Positions 19,595 to 29,076 of a stretch of 64,000 bases of DNA are shown piece after piece. A program made the position numbers and the translations under genes. How positions within the stretch are numbered: the stretch's first letter is position 1; every line of letters begins with the position of its first letter. Source of the stretch: Candidatus Peregrinibacteria bacterium (GTDB taxonomy: Bacteria > Patescibacteriota > Gracilibacteria > UBA1369); NCBI GenBank assembly GCA_020429235.1, contig JAGQLQ010000025.1:310-64309 (forward strand), given 5' to 3'. The notes under the pieces were generated by a model. That model saw only the letters and a list, made by a program, of their open reading frames with translations. It was not told where the DNA came from and ran no database searches.

Positions 19595-20605
19595 TTAGTA
19601 CTGTACCACCACTTTTGTTCCAATTGGGGCAAAGTCGTACGCGAATGCAGCGTCTTGTGGGAGCAGACGGATGCAGCCGTGGCTTCTTGCTGAACCTATG
19701 TGGTTTAGCGCTTCTGTCCAGAAGATTCCGCCATCGTTTCCAAGGCTAGGAAGCGCATGAATTCCATATCCGCCAGCACGGAAGTACATCCACTTTGGCA
19801 TGATGTAGTGCGGCCATGCAGCTCCAACACGCACTTCCTGTTTTTGGAAGATGTGAGTTGTTCCAACTGGTGTTGGCGTACTGGATTTTCCTGTACTAAC
19901 AGGGAATTCCCGAACCACGTAGTCTCCAACATGGAGTTTCATTTTCTGTTCAGAGATATCTACCTGGATCCATTTTTCTCCTTCCAGGTCATAGTTTGAA
20001 AGATTTGCGCTGACCTTAATATATTGCAGAAGGTCCTTGTTTTCGATGGGGATGTTTCCATTGCCGACACGGATGTCGGATGTAAAGAGCGATGCATCCA
20101 GCCATCCAAGTCCTTCAACGACCGGAGTATAAACCTCCCGGAAATATCCATCTTCCTGAGGAGCACGACTTTGGAAAACGAACTCCGCGAGGTAACCTGG
20201 ATCAACACGATCGCTGGTCATAGTGATACGGTTTGAAGCGGCCCATCCACTGTCTGCAAAAGCAGCTCCGGGATAAAACGGGCTTGAGCGGTCACGATCT
20301 TTATCGGTTCCAAGGCTTAGGTGTGGGCCTGCGCATCCGCTTGCTACTGAAAACCATGGTGTGTTTCCCATATTTCGGATATAGACTTTTGTTTCAAAAA
20401 GCTCCCCTTTTTCAACAACTCCGGGTTTTCGGACTGCGATGAATGCGGCTTTATGCTGCTCTTTTTCTGGCTTTGTGTAGTCGCATGAAGGGGTTAGTTC
20501 CTGCGCCTGAACAGAGGCCGGGATCAAAAAAGCTGCAAAGAGTGAGAGTGTGATCCCTTTCAAAAGTAATTTTTTCATTTTTGTTTTGGGTTTGTACTTT
20601 TTCAA
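19595..20605 (-). CDS. Secreted L,D-transpeptidase (YkuD domain)
   Basis: Signal peptide followed by the C-terminal catalytic motif SHGCIRL (GSARSHGCIRLLPQDA). Confidence 0.85.
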   Translation of the reverse strand: MKKYKPKTKMKKLLLKGITLSLFAAFLIPASVQAQELTPSCDYTKPEKEQHKAAFIAVRKPGVVEKGELFETKVYIRNMGNTPWFSVASGCAGPHLSLGTDKDRDRSSPFYPGAAFADSGWAASNRITMTSDRVDPGYLAEFVFQSRAPQEDGYFREVYTPVVEGLGWLDASLFTSDIRVGNGNIPIENKDLLQYIKVSANLSNYDLEGEKWIQVDISEQKMKLHVGDYVVREFPVSTGKSSTPTPVGTTHIFQKQEVRVGAAWPHYIMPKWMYFRAGGYGIHALPSLGNDGGIFWTEALNHIGSARSHGCIRLLPQDAAFAYDFAPIGTKVVVQY

Positions 20606-20701
20606 TCTTCATATTATACCATATAATAAAATTTGCGTCAATTTAGCACTTTTTGAATAAGCATTACAAACAATACCCCGTAATGAAAAACTGCTTTATC
20701 C

Positions 20702-21172
20702 TTAAGACAAGCGTGTTGTTCGCTGTGGCTCCATGAGCTTCTGGAGCTCTTTTCGGAAGGTTTCGATGTCTTTGAAATGGCGATAAACGGAAGCAAAACG
20801 GATGTAAGCAACCTCATCCAGCTCTTTGAGTTTTTCCATAATGCATTCACCAATGTAGTCGGCTTTGACCTCTTTGCCCTGTCCGGACCAGCGTTCTTCC
20901 AGTTGATTGAGAAGTTGTGTTACCTGCTCTTCCGTAACTGGACGTTTTTCACAGGCTTTCCAGATACCGGCTTCCAATTTTTGTCGATTATAGGCTTCCC
21001 GGGAGTTGTCTTTTTTGACCACAATAAAATTGCTCGTTTCCACGCGTTCAAATGTGGTAAAACGGAAATCGCACTCCTCGCATTTACGACGGCGGCGGAT
21101 TTCACGTGATTCGTTGGTGTCCCGTGAATCCAGAACCCGAGTGCTTGATTTTTTACATTTTGGACAGATCAT
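20702..21172 (-). CDS. nrdR: Transcriptional repressor NrdR
   Basis: MICPKCKKSSTRVLDSRD...RRRRKCEECDFRFTTFE is the NrdR zinc ribbon, followed by an ATP-cone. It overlaps dgt by 4 nt. Confidence 0.95.
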   Translation of the reverse strand: MICPKCKKSSTRVLDSRDTNESREIRRRRKCEECDFRFTTFERVETSNFIVVKKDNSREAYNRQKLEAGIWKACEKRPVTEEQVTQLLNQLEERWSGQGKEVKADYIGECIMEKLKELDEVAYIRFASVYRHFKDIETFRKELQKLMEPQRTTRLS

Positions 21173-22344
21173 GCAGTGATTTTTTGAAACTGTTCTTCGG
21201 CATAATGGTCAGTCATGCCGGCTATATAATCTTTTACCACGATTTCCAGCTGCTCGCCAAGTGCGATCGCATTTTGATAAGCCGATGGAAGCTCTTGTGG
21301 ATAGCTACGATAGTACTGAAAAAGTTTTTTGACAATGTTTTGGCCGTTTTCTATTTGCTTATGGACTTTTGGGTGGAAGTAAAACTTTTCACGAAGAAAT
21401 TGACGGAGCTCCTGAATGTGAGGATTAAGGGCAGGGCTGAAATTTACTATTTTTCCTTTATGAGAGCGCACTTTTTCAACTGAATCGATATTGTTTTTCT
21501 GTAGTTGTAACTCGGTTGTTTCCTGAAGATCCTGAATCATTCGGCTAATCATCCGACTAATCACTCTGCTCTGGAAGCGACGCTGGCTCTCGGGGTCCTG
21601 AGTTATGTTTTCTGATCCATATTCATTGAAGACGTGCTCTTTTGCTTCTGTCCAGAGTTTAAACTGGTCGAGTTGGTCTGCGGAAATAGTTTCACTGCGG
21701 AGGGCGTCATCGATGTCGTGATTGGTGTACGCGATTTCGTCGGCATGGTCAGCGACCTGGGTTTCCAAATGAGCGTAGGTTTGAAACTGGATTGAGGTTT
21801 TATACTTTTCGGGACTGTGCTTAATGAGTCCATCGACCACTTCAACAGAAAGGTTCAGTCCGTTGAACGTGGGGTAAATGTGCTCAAGAGCTTGAACAAT
21901 ACGGCGACTTTGCTCGTTGTGCTCAAAAGAAAGCCCATGCTCTCTCAGTGCTTCATCAAGGGCTTCTTCACCTCCATGACCAAAGGGTGGATGGCCTAAA
22001 TCGTGCGCGAGGGCGATGCATTCGGCCAGGTCTTCGTTGAGGCCGAGCCGGCGGGCGATGTCGCGGGCGATTTGTGCGACTTCGATTGAATGAGTCAGGC
22101 GATCACGATAGTGGTCGCCGTAGTAACTGACGAACACTTGCGTTTTAGCCTGGAGCCGGCGAAAAGCCCGTGAATGGATAATCCGATCACGATCCCTTTG
22201 AAAAGGAAGGCGATAGTCGTCGTGGTGTTCTGAATGGATGCGGCCCTGGGAATCTTTGCTGTGAGTGGCGTAGGGCGCCAGTTTTTGATCCTCTTCTGCC
22301 AGGAGTTGTTCTCGGGTTTTGAGCATGTGCACGGTAAAGTGCAC
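21169..22344 (-). CDS. dgt: dGTP triphosphohydrolase-like HD-domain protein
   Basis: HSRAFRRLQAKTQVF, RLTHSIEVAQIARDIA and AHDLGHPPFGHGGE are canonical dGTPase/HD motifs. Confidence 0.9.
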   Translation of the reverse strand: MHFTVHMLKTREQLLAEEDQKLAPYATHSKDSQGRIHSEHHDDYRLPFQRDRDRIIHSRAFRRLQAKTQVFVSYYGDHYRDRLTHSIEVAQIARDIARRLGLNEDLAECIALAHDLGHPPFGHGGEEALDEALREHGLSFEHNEQSRRIVQALEHIYPTFNGLNLSVEVVDGLIKHSPEKYKTSIQFQTYAHLETQVADHADEIAYTNHDIDDALRSETISADQLDQFKLWTEAKEHVFNEYGSENITQDPESQRRFQSRVISRMISRMIQDLQETTELQLQKNNIDSVEKVRSHKGKIVNFSPALNPHIQELRQFLREKFYFHPKVHKQIENGQNIVKKLFQYYRSYPQELPSAYQNAIALGEQLEIVVKDYIAGMTDHYAEEQFQKITA

Positions 22345-22380
22345 TGATTATAGCGTGTTTGTTCCTGTGATTGAAAGAAC

Positions 22381-25300
22381 TTAGTCGGTTGCAATTCTTA
22401 ACCGACTTGGCTGATTGCCATTTATGGCTTTTTCCGCAGCTTCCACGTCCAGGGTCGCTTGAGCCCGGGCATTCACAACCTGTTTTTTTATCTTTTTGAA
22501 GGCATCTGATGTTGGCACCTGGTCAGCCGCATACATGACATCGAGAGTATCTTCTTTGACCTGATCATGAATTTCTTTCATTTCTTCGAGCTTTGATTTC
22601 GCTGTTTCTAAATCTTTTTCTTTTATAGCCTCCTCGATTTCTGTGCGGATTTTTCCAACCCTGTCAGCTTTTTTGAGAGCGGCATCACCAACTTCGGACA
22701 CAACTGACCTTAAGCCGATTTGCTCTGCTTCTTGAGCAGCTTTTTCTGCTTTTTCTGCAGCTTTTCTGGCTTGTTTATATCGATCCGATGTTTCTTTCAT
22801 GTGAACTCCTTTTAGTTCTCCAGCTTTTTCTGCTTTAAGTGCCGCTTTCGCATCGCTCATTGATGGCTGGAATGCTTCGGTGAGTTCAACACCTTTAAAC
22901 TCAGCAACACCTTTTGCAAGCGCTAAATCTGACATAACTTTTGCTGCATCCGCTGACATCTTTGCATCTTCAGCTTTTTGGCGAATTGATTCTACCTGTT
23001 TGGCCACATCAATTTTTTGCTCATTTTGGATAGCATCTTTGAGCTCTTGTAACTCTTTTTCTGCTCCTTTTTGCGCCTTTTCTGATATTTTTAATTCTTC
23101 CTTCACATTTTTGAGGAACGATCGTTTTTGTACTATTTCTTTCAATTTTCCGTATTGTTCGACTACTCTTTGCTTGGCACTTTTGGATTTTTCTCCAATT
23201 GTCTCTTTTGCACTGCTAATTTTTTGTCCTAATCTATCAGCCCTTTCCGATAAGTATTGGCGAATTTTCCCTGGCCCTTCTTTTGGAGGTGCAACGACGT
23301 CGGCGCTACTTGTTGTCATGATTTCGCCATTCGGCATTTTAACCTTCAGGCGAATGATTTTTCCTCCTTCTATTGGAATTTCTGCCAACCCAAGCACTTT
23401 CCCACTTTTAACTGAGTTTCCTTCTTTAAAGTTGACCCTTTCACCAGGGAAGAAATGCATTTTGTCTATTGTAATCATTTTATTTGGTTCTCCTGGTAGA
23501 CCTGTAGATTCAGTGATAATGTCTCCATAGCTTGTTTCAACTACTTTTCCATCTGGGGTTTTTATTTCCAAACGTAGTATTTTTCCTGCTTCCATTGGGA
23601 TTTCTTTTACACCTACAGCTATTCCACTCTTGATTTTGTTCCCCTGCTTGAAGATGATTTTTTCACCAGCCAAAAATTGTTTGTTGCCGATAGTTATGGT
23701 TGGTGTATGTTTTGTTCCTCCTATCATTTCGCCTCCAAGACGTCCACCACGAAGAGATATTACGACGGCTGCAGTATGGGCAAGCTCTTTCCAATCCCAA
23801 AATTTGGTATCGCGGGCACGCGCAGCCAGTTCTCCTTTTTTGTCACCAGTCCATTGGTTGTAGATGATAGCCATTTTCTGTTCCAGCTGAGACATTCCCT
23901 GGAGTGCTCCGATTTCTACGAATCCTTCTGCTACTTCGGCTCCGGCAGTTCCTAATTTTCCGCTCGCGCGGGCAGTACGGTTAAGGTATTGCAATTGTTG
24001 AAGTGGGTGACGGAGTCGTTGAAATCCAGTCGCTCCTTCTTCTACTGTGCGGACCATTCCTTCTGCTGTCCCCCGTGCGAGGCCTTGTACGCCTTTCATC
24101 ATGCCAAACGTTGCGGCAGTGTATCCGACTTGTCTCCATCCTTCTGCTGTTCCCAATATTCCTGCATTGCCATGCATAGTGGCTTGTGCCTGTACAAAAA
24201 GTGTTGCGTGAGCAATGGTCTTTCCGGCTGATGCAATACGTGGAACTTTGGCCGCATATTCTGATGCTCTGGCGACCATGTTGGCAACTTCCATAGCGCG
24301 TACACCCATTTGCCCAAGGCGGGCGGCGGCAAGAGCGGCCGCGGCATACGTTCCGGCACCCCAGGTCGCGAGTTCAATGATGGCGATTTCAACCACAAGC
24401 TGCGTAATCTCTTTGGCGATGATCGCATTTTCCTCGGTTAGATCAAAGGCTCCTTCTCCGTTCAAATCGTTGAGAAGTTCGAGTGCTTTTTTTTCATAGC
24501 CGCTGAAATTTGAAACTTCTTCATCGGTGAAGTGGCTTGCGTTAACGCCTTGTTCGTCGATGTAAGCTCGCCCTTTCAGAGCATCCATCATTTTTTCTTC
24601 AATAAATTCGTCCAGATTTGCGTACGATCCTCCGCCTGGTTTTGGAATGTTCTGTTCGGCAAAGTTGGACTCGTCGATTCCTTGTTCTAAAAGCTGGAGC
24701 TTGGCCTGTGCCTTAATTTGTTCACCATGATCTTCTATGAGTTCGCGGAATTCCGGCGTTGTGGTATCCACTTTTTCCATACGGAATTTCTTTTTCTCAT
24801 CTAATCTTTTTTGGAGAATCTGGATGCAAAGTGCGCGGGCTTCGTAGAACTGTCCGCTTATAAACATATGTCGTATTTTTTCGATCTGCATTTTTTCGAC
24901 GGCGCCAAGATTTTCAACATCTTTTGCGTTTCCACCTGGATTTTCATTGAGGAATGCGGCAAGGTCACCGTTTTCTGGGAAAATTTCTGATGATCGTTGC
25001 AGTATCCCGCCTTTGGACTGCTTTTCCATAAAGCTGCTGCGTTCTCCACCGAAGTATTCCGGCAAAGCTCCTCCGGCAATAACGCTTGGAATCATCCATG
25101 GCATTGATGCACCCGCGACTCCACCAATAATCCAGTTTGAATATTCACGAATACTTTCTGGAACAATGGTATCGTAGACACTGTCCCGAGTGTCTTTTGC
25201 CAAAGCCCAAATACCTTTTTCCCCAAGGCGCTCTTTTCCGCTCTGATACTCTTCAAAAAGGCGCGCTTCTTCCTGTCTATCGACAAAGAGTTCGTTGAGA

Positions 25301-26955
25301 TCAATTTTTCCCGGACCTTTGATGGTTGTGGGATGATCTTTCAAAACGTCTGTCATGACTGCTGTTTGGCCTTCCGGGATGTCGATAGACGTGATCTCTC
25401 CCTTCATGAGTTTGTCGTAGTAGTACTTCACCGGATTGGTGATGTCCTGGGTTTCTGCGTCGATTGGATATTGGTATCTAATAAGGAGACGGAGTCCTTC
25501 CATGACATGTTTTGCTGCCATGTAGACCTCTTCGTCGCTGTCCCACATATTGTCCAGGTCGTCCTTGATGTCCGCACGACGCTCTGCTTTGAGTTCAACA
25601 AAGTCTTCCATCTCTTTCATCATCATGTCGATAGACACGTTCATGCTGGCAATCATGTCAGTGGCGATGCTGTGGCGCATAGAAAGTTCCAGGTATTTCT
25701 TCTGCTCTTTTGCCATTTCCTGCAGGCTTTCCGGGAGTGAGTCGACATTGATGTCAGCGAGTAGAGACAGTGCTTCCCGCATTTTTTGTTGTGACTCATA
25801 CGCTTCCAGTTTTGGATAGCCGTTTTCGTCGAGTTGACCCATTTCGTAAAGGGCCAGCTGTGCCTGCCAGTATTTTTTCTCGTTTTCCGGTGAGTTTTCG
25901 ATCTTGTTTTTTAATCCTTCTAAAAGCTGCTCTTCCTGAGTGGCTTTTTGATTCTTGATGATCTCCTGCATCAACTGGAATCCTTTTTCTGGATCTTTTT
26001 CTCCAATGCTTTGAAAAACCCTTTCAAGAACCGGACCACGCGCCTGCTCGGGTAGACGATTGAGTCCTTCAACCATAGCGATGATGCCAAGTCTGGCATA
26101 GCTGTCGATGACGTTTGTCGACTCTTTGTCGAGGTCGATATTAATGGTTTCACCAAACTTGTTTGTGGTTGGAAGGATGTTTGAAGAGACGGTGTGGGCA
26201 ATCATGTAATCCCCGTTGACGATTTTCACGTCCGGGTAGTCTTCATCTGGTGTTTCAGCTTTTTTCCCTGGCTGTACTTCTGGCTTGTCGGGCTTTTCTC
26301 CTGGCTCTGGCTTTTTTTCTTTGCGGGAAAAAGTGCGAACGTATCGTTCATCTTTGTTTGTGACCGTTTCTCCAATACTTAAATGGAAAATGCACTCGCT
26401 TTTTTCCAGGGCCTCTGTAGAAGGGAAAGCGTCCATGGCACGCTGAAATGCGAGAACAAAGTTATAGATTCCAACGGAGCTAAAGAGTTGTTCTGATGTT
26501 TTTCCTTTTTCAAAAACAGATTTTTTTTGACTCCCTAGTTTTTTAAGCATGTCCAGATGCTGCTCGATCAGTTTCTGCGTGGCGGACGTGAAACGATCCT
26601 TTCCCTGCTCTTTTTCATAAATTTTGACCAGGAGTGCTGCCGCTTCGGACTTGTCTTTATAGACTTTTTCGGTGATCGCGCGCGCCCCGTATGGAGTGGC
26701 GTCCACGCTTCCCTCAACCACATTGAATTTTTTTTCTAGTTTTGCGCCATCATATTCGCCCAGTTCGTAGTGGTGATCTTCGCGAATGTCCACGTTTTCA
26801 ATCTGTTGCTTGAGCCGTTCACGCTTGGACTTACTGATAATTTTCTTTTTGCCAACCTCTTCAGCCTCTCTTTGAAGACGTTCGGCTTTTTCGATTGCCG
26901 TCTCATTGTGGGGCGGACGCTCCTGGTTTGGATTATGTTTTTCTGTTTCTCCCAT
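22381..26955 (-). CDS. Giant (1524 aa) hypothetical protein: coiled-coil N-terminus, central Gly/Ala-rich hydrophobic module, two tandem 74-aa beta-type repeats, coiled-coil C-terminus
   Basis: No signal peptide. The ends are K/E-rich helical sequence. The hydrophobic module maps to about 23715-24415 (ATWGAGTYAAAALAAARLG...). The start lies 1 nt after the stop of the upstream SLH protein. Confidence 0.85.
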   Translation of the reverse strand: MGETEKHNPNQERPPHNETAIEKAERLQREAEEVGKKKIISKSKRERLKQQIENVDIREDHHYELGEYDGAKLEKKFNVVEGSVDATPYGARAITEKVYKDKSEAAALLVKIYEKEQGKDRFTSATQKLIEQHLDMLKKLGSQKKSVFEKGKTSEQLFSSVGIYNFVLAFQRAMDAFPSTEALEKSECIFHLSIGETVTNKDERYVRTFSRKEKKPEPGEKPDKPEVQPGKKAETPDEDYPDVKIVNGDYMIAHTVSSNILPTTNKFGETINIDLDKESTNVIDSYARLGIIAMVEGLNRLPEQARGPVLERVFQSIGEKDPEKGFQLMQEIIKNQKATQEEQLLEGLKNKIENSPENEKKYWQAQLALYEMGQLDENGYPKLEAYESQQKMREALSLLADINVDSLPESLQEMAKEQKKYLELSMRHSIATDMIASMNVSIDMMMKEMEDFVELKAERRADIKDDLDNMWDSDEEVYMAAKHVMEGLRLLIRYQYPIDAETQDITNPVKYYYDKLMKGEITSIDIPEGQTAVMTDVLKDHPTTIKGPGKIDLNELFVDRQEEARLFEEYQSGKERLGEKGIWALAKDTRDSVYDTIVPESIREYSNWIIGGVAGASMPWMIPSVIAGGALPEYFGGERSSFMEKQSKGGILQRSSEIFPENGDLAAFLNENPGGNAKDVENLGAVEKMQIEKIRHMFISGQFYEARALCIQILQKRLDEKKKFRMEKVDTTTPEFRELIEDHGEQIKAQAKLQLLEQGIDESNFAEQNIPKPGGGSYANLDEFIEEKMMDALKGRAYIDEQGVNASHFTDEEVSNFSGYEKKALELLNDLNGEGAFDLTEENAIIAKEITQLVVEIAIIELATWGAGTYAAAALAAARLGQMGVRAMEVANMVARASEYAAKVPRIASAGKTIAHATLFVQAQATMHGNAGILGTAEGWRQVGYTAATFGMMKGVQGLARGTAEGMVRTVEEGATGFQRLRHPLQQLQYLNRTARASGKLGTAGAEVAEGFVEIGALQGMSQLEQKMAIIYNQWTGDKKGELAARARDTKFWDWKELAHTAAVVISLRGGRLGGEMIGGTKHTPTITIGNKQFLAGEKIIFKQGNKIKSGIAVGVKEIPMEAGKILRLEIKTPDGKVVETSYGDIITESTGLPGEPNKMITIDKMHFFPGERVNFKEGNSVKSGKVLGLAEIPIEGGKIIRLKVKMPNGEIMTTSSADVVAPPKEGPGKIRQYLSERADRLGQKISSAKETIGEKSKSAKQRVVEQYGKLKEIVQKRSFLKNVKEELKISEKAQKGAEKELQELKDAIQNEQKIDVAKQVESIRQKAEDAKMSADAAKVMSDLALAKGVAEFKGVELTEAFQPSMSDAKAALKAEKAGELKGVHMKETSDRYKQARKAAEKAEKAAQEAEQIGLRSVVSEVGDAALKKADRVGKIRTEIEEAIKEKDLETAKSKLEEMKEIHDQVKEDTLDVMYAADQVPTSDAFKKIKKQVVNARAQATLDVEAAEKAINGNQPSRLRIATD
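23266..23697 (-). repeat. Tandem duplication of a 74-aa domain inside the 1524-aa protein
   Basis: ITIGNKQFLAGEKIIFKQGNKIKSGIAVGVKEIPMEAGKILRLEIKTPDGKVVETS aligns with ITIDKMHFFPGERVNFKEGNSVKSGKVLGLAEIPIEGGKIIRLKVKMPNGEIMTTS at about 50% identity by hand, starting at aa 1087 and 1161. Confidence 0.85.
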
Positions 26956-26956
26956 G

Positions 26957-28981
26957 TTAGTTGGTTGCGGCGAGTTTTGCCATTTTTAAGAGTTCGGCTC
27001 GGGTGATTGGTCGGTTTGGTTCGAACCGATTGGCTGATATGCCGCTGATCCATCCGTTATCCCAGGCTGTGCGAACCCATGGTCCCTGCCATGCGTCTGT
27101 GATGTCGTTAAAAAGATTGTCCGGATGTCCGGCTCCACAGTTGGCTGTGTAGCAGCCCTGGTGTGCCGGGACCTTGAATGTTCGTGCAGTGAGAGCAGTC
27201 GCTTCTGCACGTGTTATGGCGAATTGCGGACCAAATTCGTTTGCCCCGTATCCTTCGACAATTCCTTCATCCCATGCCGCGCGAACCCATGGCCCCTGCC
27301 ATGTTGCGGTAATATCGTTGAAAAAGTTATTTGGATAACCGGCTCCACAGTTAGCGCTGTAGCAACCCTGGTGTGGACTGATTCCGGCCAGTGAAAGGAC
27401 AAGTTTTACAGCTTCTGCTCTGGAAATTGCCTGATCTGGACGGAAGGTCCCATCTTCGTAGCCCTGGATGAGGCAAGCATCGTAGGCTGATTTGATGATT
27501 GATTCAGCCCAGTGTCCGGCAATGTCACTTGGGTAGTCAACTCCTTCACATGCGCTTGTTTGCGTTGTGCTTTCTGTTTGTGTTGTTTCTGTCGGAGTCT
27601 GCTCCTGCTGTGGAGTTGGCTCTGGCTCTTCTACTTCCGGCTCCTTTGCCAGGACAGTAAACTCACGAATTGATAGATCTGGTAAGTATTGATTATTTGG
27701 TCTGGCTGCGACAACGAATGTGTATGTTCCCTCCGCAACCGGCTGATCGAATTTATCTTTTTGGGCATTCCAGGACAGATTAAATGGTGCTGCCTGTTTT
27801 GATGTTTTTGGCAGGATGGTTGTGATTGCTGCTGAAGTGTCGATTGTTTCGCTCGGCGTGAATGATGCCGGCATAATGTAAGCTTCCACAAGAGCGCTTT
27901 CGTTCAATCCACAAATTGCCAATGCGCTTTCGTTCTTTTCCTGAATGATTGGTTTTGGTGTAAAAGCGCAGGTGAGAATGTCTTTTGCCGGGAGTGTTCC
28001 GGTTTGTGTTTCTGTTGTCTCTTCTTCCGTGTCGACCAGTTCGGTAGTGGTTTCTGTTTCTTCTGTTGTTTGTGTTTCGGTTTCCTCTTCCTGGTTTTCG
28101 TTTTCTGGAACTGGATCTTCAAGTGTGATTGAGCAATCCTCTCCTTCAATTCCAGTGTCGAAATTTGGTCCTGTCAGAATGTTCACAACTGGAGTGAGCG
28201 TGGCCGATGTTGTGCCTGCCGGGTAGACAGTTTTTAAAACTTTTCCGTTTTCTGATTCCTGGCCAGGGGCTTTGCCATCTTCATCTAAAAAGAAGTAACT
28301 GGTTATCCCATTATGTGGCTGCTCTTCCATAAGCTTGGCTTCATCGACGAAGATGGTCCAGGTAACAATTTGTCCCGTGGTTCCAGGATTTGGAGATCCT
28401 GTACAAGAGATTGTGGCCTGTGATGCCGAATTTTCTGTTTGTGTCTGGTTTTCGGTGTTGGATGGTGTTGTTGAATTGATAGTGATTGAGCATGGTGTTC
28501 CGGCTATATCTTCATAATTGTCCGGACCAGTAAGAACGCTTACAATTGGTGTTACTGTTGCTGTCGTTTTACCGTTTGGATATGAAACAGTGAATGTTTT
28601 TTCTGAATTTGCTGTTCCTCCCGATGTATCCCCGCTCCAGAAATATGATTCTATATCAATGTATGGATCCTCCTCCTGCAGCATGGCTTCATTCACGACC
28701 ATTGTCCATGTGACAGATTGGTTTGGATCTGCCGGGTTTGGTGTACCGGAACAGGTTATTGGCCCGCCTGTGGATGGTGTTGTCTGGACCTGAATCTGGC
28801 TTGGCTGATTGGTCGTTACGTTTTGAAGTGATTGATTCAGCTGCGTTGAACTGATCAAACTTCCCTGGTACAAATTTCCTCCCAGATAGATAGCTGCAAT
28901 CGCGACTACTGTCCCTATGATTCCAAGTACAATGTAGAGTGCGATTGTGCGATTGGTTTTGATGAAATCGAATATATTCAT
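26957..28981 (-). CDS. Membrane-anchored surface protein with tandem Ig-like repeats, acidic Thr/Glu linkers and three C-terminal SLH domains
   Basis: N-terminal signal anchor (TIALYIVLGIIGTVVAIAAIYLGG). Two ~105-aa repeats start C(S/T)G(T/S)PNP...VTWT. SLH signatures include SDIAGHWAESIIKSAYDACLIQGYEDGTFRPDQAISRAEAVKLV, followed by two copies of HQGCYxANCGAG...NDITxxWQGPWVRxAWDxG...ITRAE. Confidence 0.85.
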   Translation of the reverse strand: MNIFDFIKTNRTIALYIVLGIIGTVVAIAAIYLGGNLYQGSLISSTQLNQSLQNVTTNQPSQIQVQTTPSTGGPITCSGTPNPADPNQSVTWTMVVNEAMLQEEDPYIDIESYFWSGDTSGGTANSEKTFTVSYPNGKTTATVTPIVSVLTGPDNYEDIAGTPCSITINSTTPSNTENQTQTENSASQATISCTGSPNPGTTGQIVTWTIFVDEAKLMEEQPHNGITSYFFLDEDGKAPGQESENGKVLKTVYPAGTTSATLTPVVNILTGPNFDTGIEGEDCSITLEDPVPENENQEEETETQTTEETETTTELVDTEEETTETQTGTLPAKDILTCAFTPKPIIQEKNESALAICGLNESALVEAYIMPASFTPSETIDTSAAITTILPKTSKQAAPFNLSWNAQKDKFDQPVAEGTYTFVVAARPNNQYLPDLSIREFTVLAKEPEVEEPEPTPQQEQTPTETTQTESTTQTSACEGVDYPSDIAGHWAESIIKSAYDACLIQGYEDGTFRPDQAISRAEAVKLVLSLAGISPHQGCYSANCGAGYPNNFFNDITATWQGPWVRAAWDEGIVEGYGANEFGPQFAITRAEATALTARTFKVPAHQGCYTANCGAGHPDNLFNDITDAWQGPWVRTAWDNGWISGISANRFEPNRPITRAELLKMAKLAATN

Positions 28982-29076
28982 TTTTGTTTTTGTGAACCCA
29001 AAAATATCTATTAATTATAACATATTTTGAGATTTTTTCAATTACTCCTTTAGGTGGTCGGATCTATAATGGTGTC

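Noticed and set aside
22880-26382. Antisense ORFs inside the 1524-aa gene (for example 22880-23530, 25333-25740). Similar ORFs lie inside ppdK, pcrA, pilB, argS and the 2083-aa gene.
   Set aside because: Each is fully contained in a longer ORF on the other strand that has recognisable motifs or coherent composition. They have no independent start context or motifs.
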